Shown here: positions 38,002 through 49,947 of the stretch, in pieces
How positions within the stretch are numbered: the stretch's first letter is position 1
How the letters are laid out: every line of letters begins with the position of its first letter
From: Catajapyx aquilonaris
Taxonomy: Eukaryota
Reading direction: 5' to 3'
Length of the DNA: 50,376 nucleotides
NCBI GenBank assembly: GCA_000934665.2
Contig: KZ538158.1
Location: forward strand, 62,001-112,376
Notes under the pieces: model-generated
The model's input: the letters and a program-made list of their open reading frames with translations, nothing else
Told to the model about the DNA's origin: nothing
The model's database searches: none
Translations under genes and position numbers: made by a program

Positions 38002-38629
38002 CCTCTTCTGATCAAGGTTTAGCACTCACACAGCATGGATCTCCTTGCAGGAACCTAGCCTAAATTATAAAAATGAATATTGACTTAAGTCAACACTTGT
38101 CTTTTGTCGCAGTTATCTGTTTTAGTACTGGTCATCTGTCAATGTCGAGAGGATAAATGACAGCGACGTGAGCTTCCACAGGGTGTGGCTTTAATTATAT
38201 GTACCCTGTATTGTTGGTAGAAAATCGATTCAGACCCCTGAAAATTTTATCAAATTATTCATACCTATATAGGTAGGGCGGGTTTTACAGATGAAGGCAA
38301 GCATGATCCTAATCTACTATATCCTTCATATTTTAAAACTATGTTGTAAAACAATGGATTACGCATTTTAGTCCGAAATATAATAAAGTAATGCCATCAT
38401 ACTGTGTGGTGCGCTGTTTTTCCCAAAATAAATCATATATAGGGAAATGTGAAGATTTCCATGGGAAAAATAATATTGTACAGAACTGAACGAGTATATT
38501 TCACTACCGCAGAAGTACAAGATTTAGGTATAGTCGATTATTATCAGTTATTATCATGTGACTTGCATTACTTTCACATTATAGTACTTAGAGAATGGTC
38601 ATACATAATGATAGATTTAGGTGCCTTCT

Positions 38630-39486
38630 TATAACAACAAAATTGGTGTAGAGTGTAAAGTAGAGTGTAAGGAAAGGAGAATACGCATTTTCTATGTCAC
38701 CAATCAAGTTGCATACCTCAAAATACAGATAGCCCAACTTGGAAAAATTATTTTCATTATCGCCTTGATTATGACCTTCCCTTTGGGGGATTTCCCACGA
38801 AAACATCTTAGGAAGTGATGAGCAGTGAGCGTTAATATTAGAATTGATGTCATCCAAGTGCATTCCAATTGTAGCTGCAAGAAATACCACCTGGCACAAA
38901 ATGACCTTATTAGTCAACTCGTTCAAGCCGAGGAAGAATATGCGGCATATGCTCTCAAAGCTCTCCTCTCCAATGAAAAATCCCGCAAAAGAAATCAAAC
39001 CGATAAACACTAAATAAACACATGATATTATAGCCCAAACTCGCATTGTTTTGATGATCGCAATTTTGGGTGCACACTGGTCCAGACGGGATATATTTTC
39101 CAAAATCACATAAACACTATTAGCCTTAGCTGCAGTGACTAGATTAATAACACTTTTCATTGATATGCTGAACACCAATCCAGTAATTAAGCATGCTTCG
39201 CTGAAATCTAAGTGTGCAGGAAATAACTGGTGCATGAGAAAGGATTGGCAGATGATGACAGCCACCCAGAGAGAGAGACGTGAACGTAAGTCACACGTCG
39301 TACCAGGCACTTTCTGGTGGCCCGAGTGCATTGTCTTTGGCAGCAGACAGAAGGCCATGGCAGGAGACCAACTGCTGCAGAGATCAGACCCAGAGGCTTG
39401 AATGACCAGAATGTGTCAAAGGTCAGCTCCTTTATTTCTTTCTTGTTGGTCCAGGCCAGGTTGTGCCCACTACGTGCTTCTGCCAT
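38630..39486 (-). pseudogene. Gustatory receptor pseudogene (copy 5): frameshifted and 3'-truncated
   Basis: The N-terminus (FWSFKPLGLISAAVGLLP) is in ORF 39208-39510 and the rest in a different frame (ORF 38588-39358). The shift is one extra AG unit at about 39268-39278 relative to copy 3. Similarity ends near TNFVV (about 38632), and no exon 2/3 sequence lies between this copy and copy 4. Confidence 0.85.
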
Positions 39487-40127
39487 TCTCTTCTGATCAA
39501 AGTTTAGCACTCACATAGAATAGACCTCCCTGCCTAAAATGAAAATCGACATGAAAATGAAAATCGACTAAGCAAACTTTGTCTTTTGGAGTAGTTATAT
39601 AATATTATGTATATTGAAATACATGTCATCTGTCAATGTCGAGCAGCTTGGTAATGTATTCAGGGAAGAGTCCATCACATATTCTGACACGAGGTGTGGC
39701 TTTTTGCCTTATGTAGCTTGTATAATGGGGAAATAATCGATTGACCTGCCTGTATATACCAACATTTGAAGAAATATAAATTTTTCACACATGCTCTACA
39801 GATAACGTGGACCTTTTAGCGCGGTTTTTGCCTAATTTGAAGTCAATCAGCATGAACCTACAATCGAGTGCTTTTCTCAGGTTGTAATAATATCATAATT
39901 ATAAATTATACAAGTAAACCTTCAGTGCATACCACCTCAAGGATACATGAAAACAAGGTCGACACTCGACAGTCTGACTATTATTTATAGCGTAAATATT
40001 TATTGAGTAACTGTCATAAGGTGATACTGAACATTCAACTAATCACTAATATCATCGAACCTTGCTGAGTATAAACTTCGGCATTGTTGGCCCTGATCCA
40101 TGTATCTGGATCTTGACGAATATACTC

Positions 40128-41440
40128 TCAGGGGAGACATTCAGCAGTTCTGAACTGAACCAGCACTATCAAGTAGGTTGAAACAGCCCCAGCAATCTGT
40201 CAAGATTAAAATAAATAAAATAATAGAAACTTATCACTGTCATTAAGCACTTAGACTCCTTACCGAGGTTAGCAAACCATGGTTAACTGTAAAGAAGTTA
40301 GCTGCCGTGATAGTGACGGGTTGACACGTCATTTTTTGAATCAGTGCCTGGATCTGCATCTGCACGTCAGGGTTGCTTGATCGGACTTTGATGAGGTGCT
40401 TAAGAGATCTTGTGGCCTTTAATAATCAGGAAATAATTGAAAAGATTAGTACATGAATAATTCTTCATTACACTTACAGATATTCCCACCTTCCTTGGAA
40501 GTGTGCCAAGCGTTGAAGTCAAAATGACTATGGCAATAAGTTCTTGCATTGTTGTTATTATTTGGACCACATGCACTGTGCCACTACCTCCACTGATGGA
40601 ATTGAATATTATTAAGAAGCCAAAAATCACCAATTCAGATGTGACGAAAGTGTAGTAAATCACAAGAAATGGGCTGTATATCTTTTCCACTTCCTCAACC
40701 AAGTCGCACAATTTAAAGAAAGCACGGCCTGGCCTGGATATCACTTCCGGGTTGCACTCAAAACGAGCATAATTTGAATTCTTATACGAGAAAATCGTTT
40801 GGAATCTTGAACAGAACTGCATTATTTCAGAGCTCACGTGATCCAGCCGCTTTCCAACTGCCATAGCAAAGAACGTGACTTGATACAAAATTAGCCTGTT
40901 ACTGAAAACATTGTGACATATAAACCAAGTGTAGTACAAATCAGATATCTGACGAGGAGGTTTAGCTATGCTAAGGGCACTGAGGTACAGCAGAACTATG
41001 ACAATCATATGGCAAACATAAGCAACTGCCAAGACCCTCATATTTTTGTTGATCTCATCAACAAAAATTAATTTATCCACTTTGCAGAAGTTGTCCAAAA
41101 GCCGAACAATTTGGCTTGATTTACTGGCCATGATTATATACGTGACAGTTCCCATCACTATGTTCATCAAAAGGCCAACTAATAGATAAATGGTTGTAAC
41201 ATTGGAATCGTGCACTTGCAACTCTTGAGGCGTTTGCAGAGAGGCACAAACGACAAACCCGATGTAGAGAAAAAAGTAAAAATATGTCAAACACTTTTCG
41301 AAAATCCGAAGCTTGTGACACTTCAGAGGTAACAATCCGATTGCAGTAGAAAAAATGTTCAAAGGTTTGAACGACCAAAACGAATCCTTGCAGTCGTTTG
41401 CCGATTCCGTCCAAGCCACTTTTGCTGCTTCGGTTGCCAT
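40128..41440 (-). CDS. Gustatory receptor, copy 6, about 390 aa
   Basis: Exons 41440-40490, 40416-40264, 40196-40128. TAANFFTVNHGLLTS|IAGAVSTYLIVLVQF. An alternative GTAAGT donor 12 nt further on (40477) would add VGIS. Confidence 0.92.
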
Positions 41441-42360
41441 CTGGGACCTTTACACTTGAGAAATGCGCAGTTGTAGTCCTCTCTTAGAAGGTGATCGCAT
41501 CCAATTATCTTAATGTATATGCCTGCCGAAGGATTCATTCGGCGATCTTTTACCGACATAAATTGGATGTGCCCTTGCAATAACCAATGTAATTGTGCCG
41601 ATCAAAAAGGTGGCAAAGTAAATGTAGATTTAGCAGCAGCACACACTTCTGCAAACAGCATTTCATATTCGTAATGGGGCTTTTCAAGATCACGCCTGGT
41701 TGAATCACACATTGCCTGCTTCGTACGATTTCTTTTGGCAACGTTATAGGAAAAGAAAATGATAGCAATTCGATATGGTGTCAATTGACACCGAAGTCAA
41801 CCATGTGAACCTATACTGTATTACTGTATAGATGATGGTATTGGAATACTTTTCATTTTGATGCTAGTTACACCCTTATTTTAATGTGTAAACACTACTA
41901 TTTTTGCAGAGATTTATTACCATTTTTTTCTTCAATCTGAGAAAATTTACCCTTGTCGAACAGTGAATTGGCAAACTTTTGCGTATTGTTTACAATTAGC
42001 CTACCACACAATGGCTCATAAGACCAGTTTTAAGGCATATTGAGTGTGTATGGAATTCAAATTTTATAAACAAACGTCAGCATAAAAATGTGGATATCCC
42101 GACCCAAGAGCTTAGAATATAAGTCACTTTGCTCGTTGATCCCGACCACTACCACCATACTCGGCCAACGCCGGGTAACCTGCTAGTCTATACGATATTT
42201 TTGTTTTTTTCTTACACGTTGGTTACTTGGTTTGCTTGCTGAACATACTGAACAACTGAATGACAGTCAACTGTTTAATACCATGACACTGATTCTGTCG
42301 TCCATTTTTGATAATGACCTAGTAAACAACTTGGAGATTTGAGAATAGGATGCCAGCCTG

Positions 42361-44262
42361 ATGAGTAAGATCTTGCCTAAGGACATGGCGCAGTCGGCAG
42401 TACCCGGAGCAGGGGTTGACCATCCCAAAAGAGTGACATTCAGCCCGGACGTCAACGACAAATCGTTGAAACGCACCCCGAGAAAAGCCCCGCTCACAAC
42501 CTCCGACCGCTCCATCTACATGAAGGCCCGTCACCACGACGAACCATCAGGTCTCAACGTTGGAATTGTTGCCGTCACCCACATCGTCGATGCTAAGAAG
42601 CACATAGTATGTGTCTCGTAAACACTGTATTTGACCTTCGTCGTCTTCCTGTGTTTATTACATATGTGTACAGTGCTGGCCGCAGTACAAGATATTAGTT
42701 TACTGTAGTTCAATAAACTTGTTTCATCACTTTCCCAGGGAAGACGAACGTTATGGATATGCATTCTGATAGCAAGCATTTCTGGAATGGTCCACATGAT
42801 CTACGACAGGACCATAAAATACCTGGATGATCCCGTAAATGTCAGCATACGTGAGAACTTCAACAGATCTTTGCTCTTCCCTGCTGTTACTTTATGCAAG
42901 AAAAACCCTTGGAATTACAGTAAAATTATCAACATAGTGAAGGATGCGATGGATAAAGAGGTTAGCTGACAAGGAAACTGTTGTCCGGTAGTCACAGTAC
43001 ATTTTACACGATAGGCCTACTCTTGATCATACTAAGACAGTATATTTTCGTTTCAGCATACCGATGACGAGGCTCTGAGTAACTGGGACAGTACAGATCA
43101 CTTTCAACATTTGCTCAGCAGTGACCGAAAAGCGTTGTCCGTGGCCGATTTCTGGACCTTATTTGCATACGACTACAATATACTCGTAGCTGAAGTACAT
43201 AACAATCATAATCTCATGCACAAGTATAGTGCAAAATGGTCATTTACTAATCATCCAGTTTGATATAATCACGTTTTATTTTGACACTTTAGTGCTCCTT
43301 CGGGCGTGGACGAAAATGCGCAGATTACGGAATATGGCAGACTGTGACAACGGTAATAGGAATCTGCGCAACATACTTACCTAGTCAGTATATGGATCGC
43401 AAACTAACGAGTACCTTAGAATTTTCCTGTACAGCAAACCTGCATTATTTCAGCAACGGGCATGTTAGAAAGAAGCGGCACCTCGAATAGCTTTTTTGTG
43501 AAGCTGCAAGGAGAGGAACACATCAGGAAAGATAGAGAAGGATACATGTTGTTGGTGCACATGCCAACAGACCCTCCTCTCTACGAGATCCTCATGAACG
43601 GAATGTGGATCAGAGCAGGGACCTACGACAAGATTCAGCTCAATCTGAAGGTGTTCGAGAGAATCAACAGGAAGCAGAGGCCCTGCAACTCTGACCCTTC
43701 GCATTACAACTCAGTCTGTCTGGCTAAGGTCAGTTACATGTTGCACACATCTTCAAACACATAAGATTGACGAAGCAATTATTGGTTTCAGTGCTTTTCG
43801 CGCGACCTGTTCCTCCGACTGGAGTGTACCTTGCCGTTCATGATCGGTGTGAAAGGAAAGCCATGCACGAAGGACACGCAGTACAGGGAGGTGGGGGAGG
43901 AAATAGAGAAGCTGATCTTGCGGGGACAGTGGCCCAGGCATAAGTGCAACTGCGACATCAGGTGCAACGACATAGTCATCACCACTCAGCTGGAGCGCAA
44001 TCACAGGGACGAAAAGAATGTAGCTAACATCATCATATATTACGACTCGATGAAGTTCGAGAAGTACCAGGAGTCGCACGCCTACACCTTGGTGTCGTAC
44101 CTGTCGGACATCGGAGGCTCTCTTGGTCTCCTGCTGGGAGCTTCATTGCTCACTATGGTCGAGCTTTACCAGGACATTCAAGGCATGATCAAGAAGTGGA
44201 AGGATAAAGCAAAGAGAATAAAGAAGAAGGAAGAAACGCTGCAAAACATGGGTCTCTGGTAG
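42361..44262 (+). CDS. DEG/ENaC (pickpocket/ASIC-like) channel subunit, copy A, about 480 aa
   Basis: Exons 42361-42606, 42739-42960, 43057-43194, 43293-43383, 43454-43728, 43792-44262, all phase-consistent. RRTLW-TM1, FPAVTLC, Cys-rich thumb, and YLSDIGGSLGLLLGASLLTMVE (TM2 with GAS filter). Confidence 0.92.
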
Positions 44263-45003
44263 TGACAAACCAACTTTGCAATTATGAGGGTGGCAATTCT
44301 GTAACAAATAAGTGAATACGTGAATAGGTGAAATAAATTCCAGTATCCAATTTTGTCAACAGCTCACTCTACACGTGCCATCTATATGGGATATGACGCT
44401 TTAATTTTATGATTGACGCACAATTAATTTAAAAAAGTAGTGTGCATTTCCGATCATTTAGCCTACCATTTACCAGTTCATATAATGGGTAATTATGCCA
44501 CATTCCAAGCAAACAGACGACGATAAAACAGTTGGGAAACATTCGACGTAAAGGACGGCTATACTGTACACAGTACGAGACAGTGTACTCAGGGTATACT
44601 TGACAAGACTGTACAATATGTGTATGTATGATAACAGCCATTCGAACATTAAGACTTCATGATATGGAAACACGAGTATTTCGAGACAGATAATTATATT
44701 ACCATCAAACGGGGTGCATGAACTGGTCCAAAATTTCCGTTTTACGAAGATATAAAGTATGAAGATATTAACCCACAACAGTGAATTTTTTAAATTAGGC
44801 GTTGGACAATGCTGGCCATAAGGCGAGTAGAAAATATTTTTTTCATGCACAATACTACATAGGAAAAATTCGTCAAGGCCAAGTCCAGGTTGGGGTGGAC
44901 CTTGCGTGAGTGACAGTCAACTGTTTAATACCATGACACTCGTTCTTTTTTTGATAATGACCTAGTAAACAACTTGGAGATTTGAGAATAGGACGCCAGC
45001 CTG

Positions 45004-46905
45004 ATGAGTAAGATCTTGCCTAAGGACATGGCGCAGTCGGCAGAACCCGGAGCAGGGGTTGGCCATCCCAAAAGAGTGACATTCAGCCCGGACGTCAACG
45101 ACAAATCGTTGAAACGCACCCCGAGAAAAGCCCCGCTCACAACCTCTGACCGCTCCATCTACATGAAGGCCCGTCACCACGACGAACCATCAGGTCTCAA
45201 CGTTGGAATTGTTGCCGTCACCCACATCGTCGATGCTAAGAAGCACATAGTATGTGTCTCGTAAATACTGCTTTTTCTCTCCCTTAGTCGTTTTCCTATA
45301 TGCTCATTACACATGTGCAGGCCGGAATATTACATAGTTCAAATAAGTTATTTACGTCAAATATTTTTTCGTCGCCACTTTTTCAGGGAAGACGAACGTT
45401 GTGGATATGCATTATGATAGCATGCATTGCTGGAATGGTATACCTGATCTACGAGAGGACCATAAAATACCTGGATCATCCAGTAAATGTCAGCATTCGT
45501 GAGAACTTCAACAAATCTTTGATCTTCCCTGCTGTTACTTTATGCAAGAAAAACCCTTGGAATTACAGTAAAATTATCAACATAGTGAAGGAAGCGATAG
45601 ATAAAAAGGTTAGCTGACAAGGAAACTCTTATCCACTAGTCACAGTACATTTTATGTTACTCTTGTCCATACTGAGAAAGTATACCGGTATTTCCGTTTC
45701 AGCATACCGATGACGACACTCTGAGTAACTGGGACAGTACAGATCACTTTCAAAGTTTGCTCAGCAGTGATGGAAAAGCGTTGTCCGTGGCCGATTTCTG
45801 GACCTTATTTGCACACGACTACAACATACTTGTAGCTAATGTAGGCTACATATTATATTTATGTAGAAAATTAACTCATGGACAACTACTGTAGAAAGGT
45901 GGCGTTAATATTAATCCAGTTTTATTTTAACACTTTAGTGCTACTATGAGCGTGGAAGAAAATGCACAGAATACGGAAAATGGCAGGCTGTGACAACGGT
46001 AATAGGAATATGCGCAACATACTTACCCAGTCAGTATATGGATCGCAACTTTGCCTACTTTGAGTTGTCCTGTACAGCAAACTTGCGTTATTTCAGCAAC
46101 TGGCATGGTGAAAAGAACTGGCACTTCGAACAGTCTTTTTGTGAAGCTGGAGGGAGAGAAACACACAAGGAAAGATCTAGTAGGATATATGATGTTGGTG
46201 CACATGGCAACAGACCCTCCTCTCTACGAGATCCTCATGAACGGAATTCAGATCAAAGCAGGGACCAACGACAGGATTCAGCTCAATCTGAAGGTGTACC
46301 AGAGAATCAACAGGAAGCAGAGGCCCTGCAACTCTGACCCTTTGTATTACAACTCAGTCTGTCTGGCTAAGGTCAGTTACATGTTGCACGCATCTTCAAG
46401 CACATAAGATTGACGAAGCAATTATTGGTTTCAGTGCTTTTCGCGCGAACTGTTCCTCCGACTGGAGTGTACCTTGCCGTTCATGATCGGTGTGAAAGGA
46501 AAGCCATGCACGAAGGACACGCAGTACAGGGAGGTGGGGGAGGAGATAGAGAAGCTGATCTTGCGGGGACAGTGGCCCAAGAATCAGTGCAACTGCGACA
46601 TCAGGTGCAACGACATGGTCATCACCACTCAGCAGGAGCACAATCACAGGGACGATAAGAATTCGGCCAAAATCAGCATATTTTACGACACAATGAAGTA
46701 CGAGACGTACGAAGAGTCGCACACCTACAACTTGGTGTCGTACCTGTCGGACATCGGAGGCTCTCTTGGTCTTCTACTGGGAGCGTCGTTGCTCACCGTG
46801 GTTGAGCTTTACCAGGACATTATGGACGTGATCAAGAAGTGGACAGACAAAGCAAAGAGCTCCAAGAAGAAGGAAGAAACGCTGCAAAACATGGGTTTCT
46901 GGTAG
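45004..46905 (+). CDS. DEG/ENaC (pickpocket/ASIC-like) channel subunit, copy B, about 480 aa
   Basis: Exons 45004-45249, 45387-45608, 45703-45840, 45939-46029, 46097-46371, 46435-46905. Exon lengths and motifs match copy A. Confidence 0.92.
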
Positions 46906-48343
46906 TGACAAACCAACTTTGCAGTCATGCGGGTGACAATTCTGCAATAAATTCCAGTACCGTATCCAATATTGTCAACTGACTAACCTTCAGACTTGAC
47001 ACAACTTTCTCTACTGTTAACGCATAATCTACTCTAAAATAGGCTTTTGTCCAAGCCTCCTGATCTCTGTTTGTCTTCAATGAATCATCAGCTAGGTGCA
47101 TAGGCTATATATTTCTGCATGACCCTGAGAGTGACAGTAGTGTGCAGCGAGGGAAAATGCATGTGCGCCATCTATGTGAGGTACGATCTGTTTTCCTGGA
47201 CTGATTCATAGGGATGCTTGTGTATATAAGTGGGTTCGAGAGCTGCAGAATACAACATGAGCAAGCCAGATGCACGTTGAGAGTACTTCTTACACGCTTT
47301 CTTTCTCTCATGTAAAACGACATACATTAGGATATGATTGTGTTAAAGCCCTCACTCCCCTACTGCATGGAGGTAAACTGGAACACAGCCGATTTGTAGC
47401 ATCAAGAGTCCTCTCCTTCGTCCCAGAATATTGCTAGGAACAAAATTCAAAAAATACAATAAGTATTGTTTCTTTCTGTAATTTTGTGGGGTGACTTTGG
47501 ACATGGGGAGGAAGTACATCAGAGTTGTAGGGGGGGGGGGTATTACCAACACAGATGTTTATGATGAATGTCTTGTGGTGCAGTCACAGGTTGTTCGCAA
47601 ACTGACCAAGATCAGAGACCTGCACAGACGATATTATATTTTAAGTGACATCAATGATGCTCATGTGGAATACAGTAGGTACCTGTACCATGCCAACACC
47701 ATTTGTTTGGAGGTGACCTTTGTGAGTTGTTAAAAACATTGATATATGTCCGAGACTGAACCATTAATGTGTGAACTCGTCCTACAGCTTGAAATAAAGG
47801 GGTGTCCGAATTGACTCTGGACAGCAAAGATGATTTATTTTAGCATCACATAACAACTTTTACGTGAATGACTGTTATGGTTTTCAATAAAGGATATTCC
47901 CTACTGTCTAGGTTAATTTATTCATAATTCTCCATCAATATGTCTTCATCCATGGGACAGCTGAGAAACTGCCAAAATGTGTCCAAAGTCATCCCATTCT
48001 ACGATGTATATACTCTTGCAAAAGTGTCACCACATAACATGCCAGCTGCTTCATGATGTGCACACACTTCATCCTTTTTGGTTGCATTCATAAACATACT
48101 TTCTTCAAATTGTTCCACATTTTATGCTTACTGTATGTTGAATTACCTACTCATAAATCCAATTTCGTACACTACACTTCCTTTTAATCATCAGTTTGTA
48201 GTAGTTCAGAAGTGTACTTCGTCCACTGCAGGCGCAAATTTTTGGAGTCATAGTACACCATTTCTCACCTGACTGGAATCCCTTCTTGCATATCAAAAAG
48301 GTTGGTCTTCATGAATTTGTTTCACTACACTCACTTACACATG

Positions 48344-48639
48344 TCACGAGCTAGGTTCCTGGCACTCTTGCAAAAGTCCAACCAAGTCTGTGAGACAAGC
48401 AGCTTGTATCTCAAGTGTGGAGGCCAGTCTTTCCGCTGCGTCAGCCTGCTTCTCCTGGGCTTCAACTTGCTGCTGCAGAAGGTCATTTTGCCTCTCCATT
48501 TGCTCAGTTTGCTTCTTTGATTCCTCCACCAGCACTTTCACCAAACTACTGAGTTTCTGCAATTCAACAATTGACCAATCTTCTGAAGCACTTTGATTGT
48601 CAGATGGTGCATCTCTTGCGGGGAGGGGAGGAGGGTCAC
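48344..48639 (-). CDS. Probable terminal exon of an unidentified gene encoding a coiled-coil C-terminus
   Basis: Strong minus-strand acceptor (tttttattttagcag) before 48639. Open frame DPPPLPARD...EESKKQTEQMERQNDLLQQQVEAQEKQADAAERLASTLEIQAACL to a TGA stop. Confidence 0.55.
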
Positions 48640-49406
48640 CTGCTAAAATAAAAACATGTCAGTCAACAATCACAAAATCTTCACGAAGCACTAGTATAAT
48701 TTAATGTCCCCACTCCTAAGATATTCAAGCTGTTCAGCAGCATGTGATACTGTACAACGTACATCAATTGGTCTCAGATCTGATAAATGGCCACACTGCA
48801 TCGCAAACTAAGTTATGTAATGCCAGTCACACCGACTCACGCCAGCTTTGGTGCGCCTAAGCCAAGGTAAACATTGATTCGTGATCAGTGGGGAAGTCAG
48901 AAATCAGTAGGTGGAAGGAAAACCAGACCTGACTGCAAATGGACATGTCTCTGTTTTGTTAGGACAGCAATCAAGGTCACCATCTTGTATCACAATACCT
49001 TGGTTCCCATGTGCCCTAACCAGAATACGTCATTACTTATTTTGCATATATGAAAAGCATAAGTGTCACTTTTCTCAAACATACAACAACCTGGTCTTCA
49101 GCATTTGGTGGCAAAAGTCAATGCAGTAATTCACTAAAAAAATATGTTGCTTCTGACCAAGTCTAGAACCAAGGGAGCAACTTAGTTATGTATATCATGT
49201 AATATCATCTAATAATAATGTAATGTAATATCATATTACACTGCCCTATTTCCAGCCAGCAGTACACAGCAATCCAGAATAACTTATGGTACCCATCTGA
49301 ATTTTTTTACATATCTAAAAATATCAATTAGTTTTGCCGCAGTGTAGTTCGATTATAAGGATCGCAGGACTAAAGAAAAGCATTCTGATTGGAGATGGCA
49401 TTTATT

Positions 49407-49656
49407 TATTTTATTTATTTTTTACCCCGTGATAGAGCTCGTGGCCCTCTTAGGGGGGAAGGGGAAGTTCCCAAGGGAGGGCACCGTGCGATAGCCATTT
49501 CTGACATTAGCAGAGAAGGGAGTGCAATTCTGCTCCGGCATGTCGGGTGAAAAGCGGAAAAAGACCCGGCCAAGAAGAGGTGACGGGGACGGGATTTGAA
49601 CCCCGACCTACCGCTTGGCTGACCAACAGCTTAACCACTAGACCACCATGCCGCCC
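49407..49656 (-). mobile_element. tRNA-derived SINE (second family, different body)
   Basis: Minus strand reads gggcggcatggTGGTCTAGTGG...GGTTCAAATCC with an (AAAT)n tail. 13-bp TSD gatggcatttatt at 49394-49406 and 49657-49669. Confidence 0.9.
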
Positions 49657-49947
49657 GATGGCATTTATTAAATTACATAATTTTCATGGAATGAAGGTGA
49701 ATATATTGGGCTCGAAAAATGTTTTGAAAGACGATGCCATATCAAGTATGCAAAATATAACCTCAAAAAAGATGCAACAAAGGCATTAGAATCAGCAAGG
49801 AACCACGATGCCCACCACTATCGGAATTAGCAGTGCTGGCTTCTGCTTCTTGCAAAATAAGGTTATGGTTGATGGATGAGGCACACTATTACAACTACAC
49901 ATCAGCAGAGATACACGCAACAGCCAGCGCATATTGGTCACACTTAC

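Larger units (their letters stand above)
42261..46980 (+). repeat. Tandem segmental duplication, units about 42261-44360 and 44911-46980
   Basis: Both units start tgacagtcaactgtttaataccatgacact, and both share sequence after the stop codon (tagtgacaaaccaactttgca). Confidence 0.9.
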
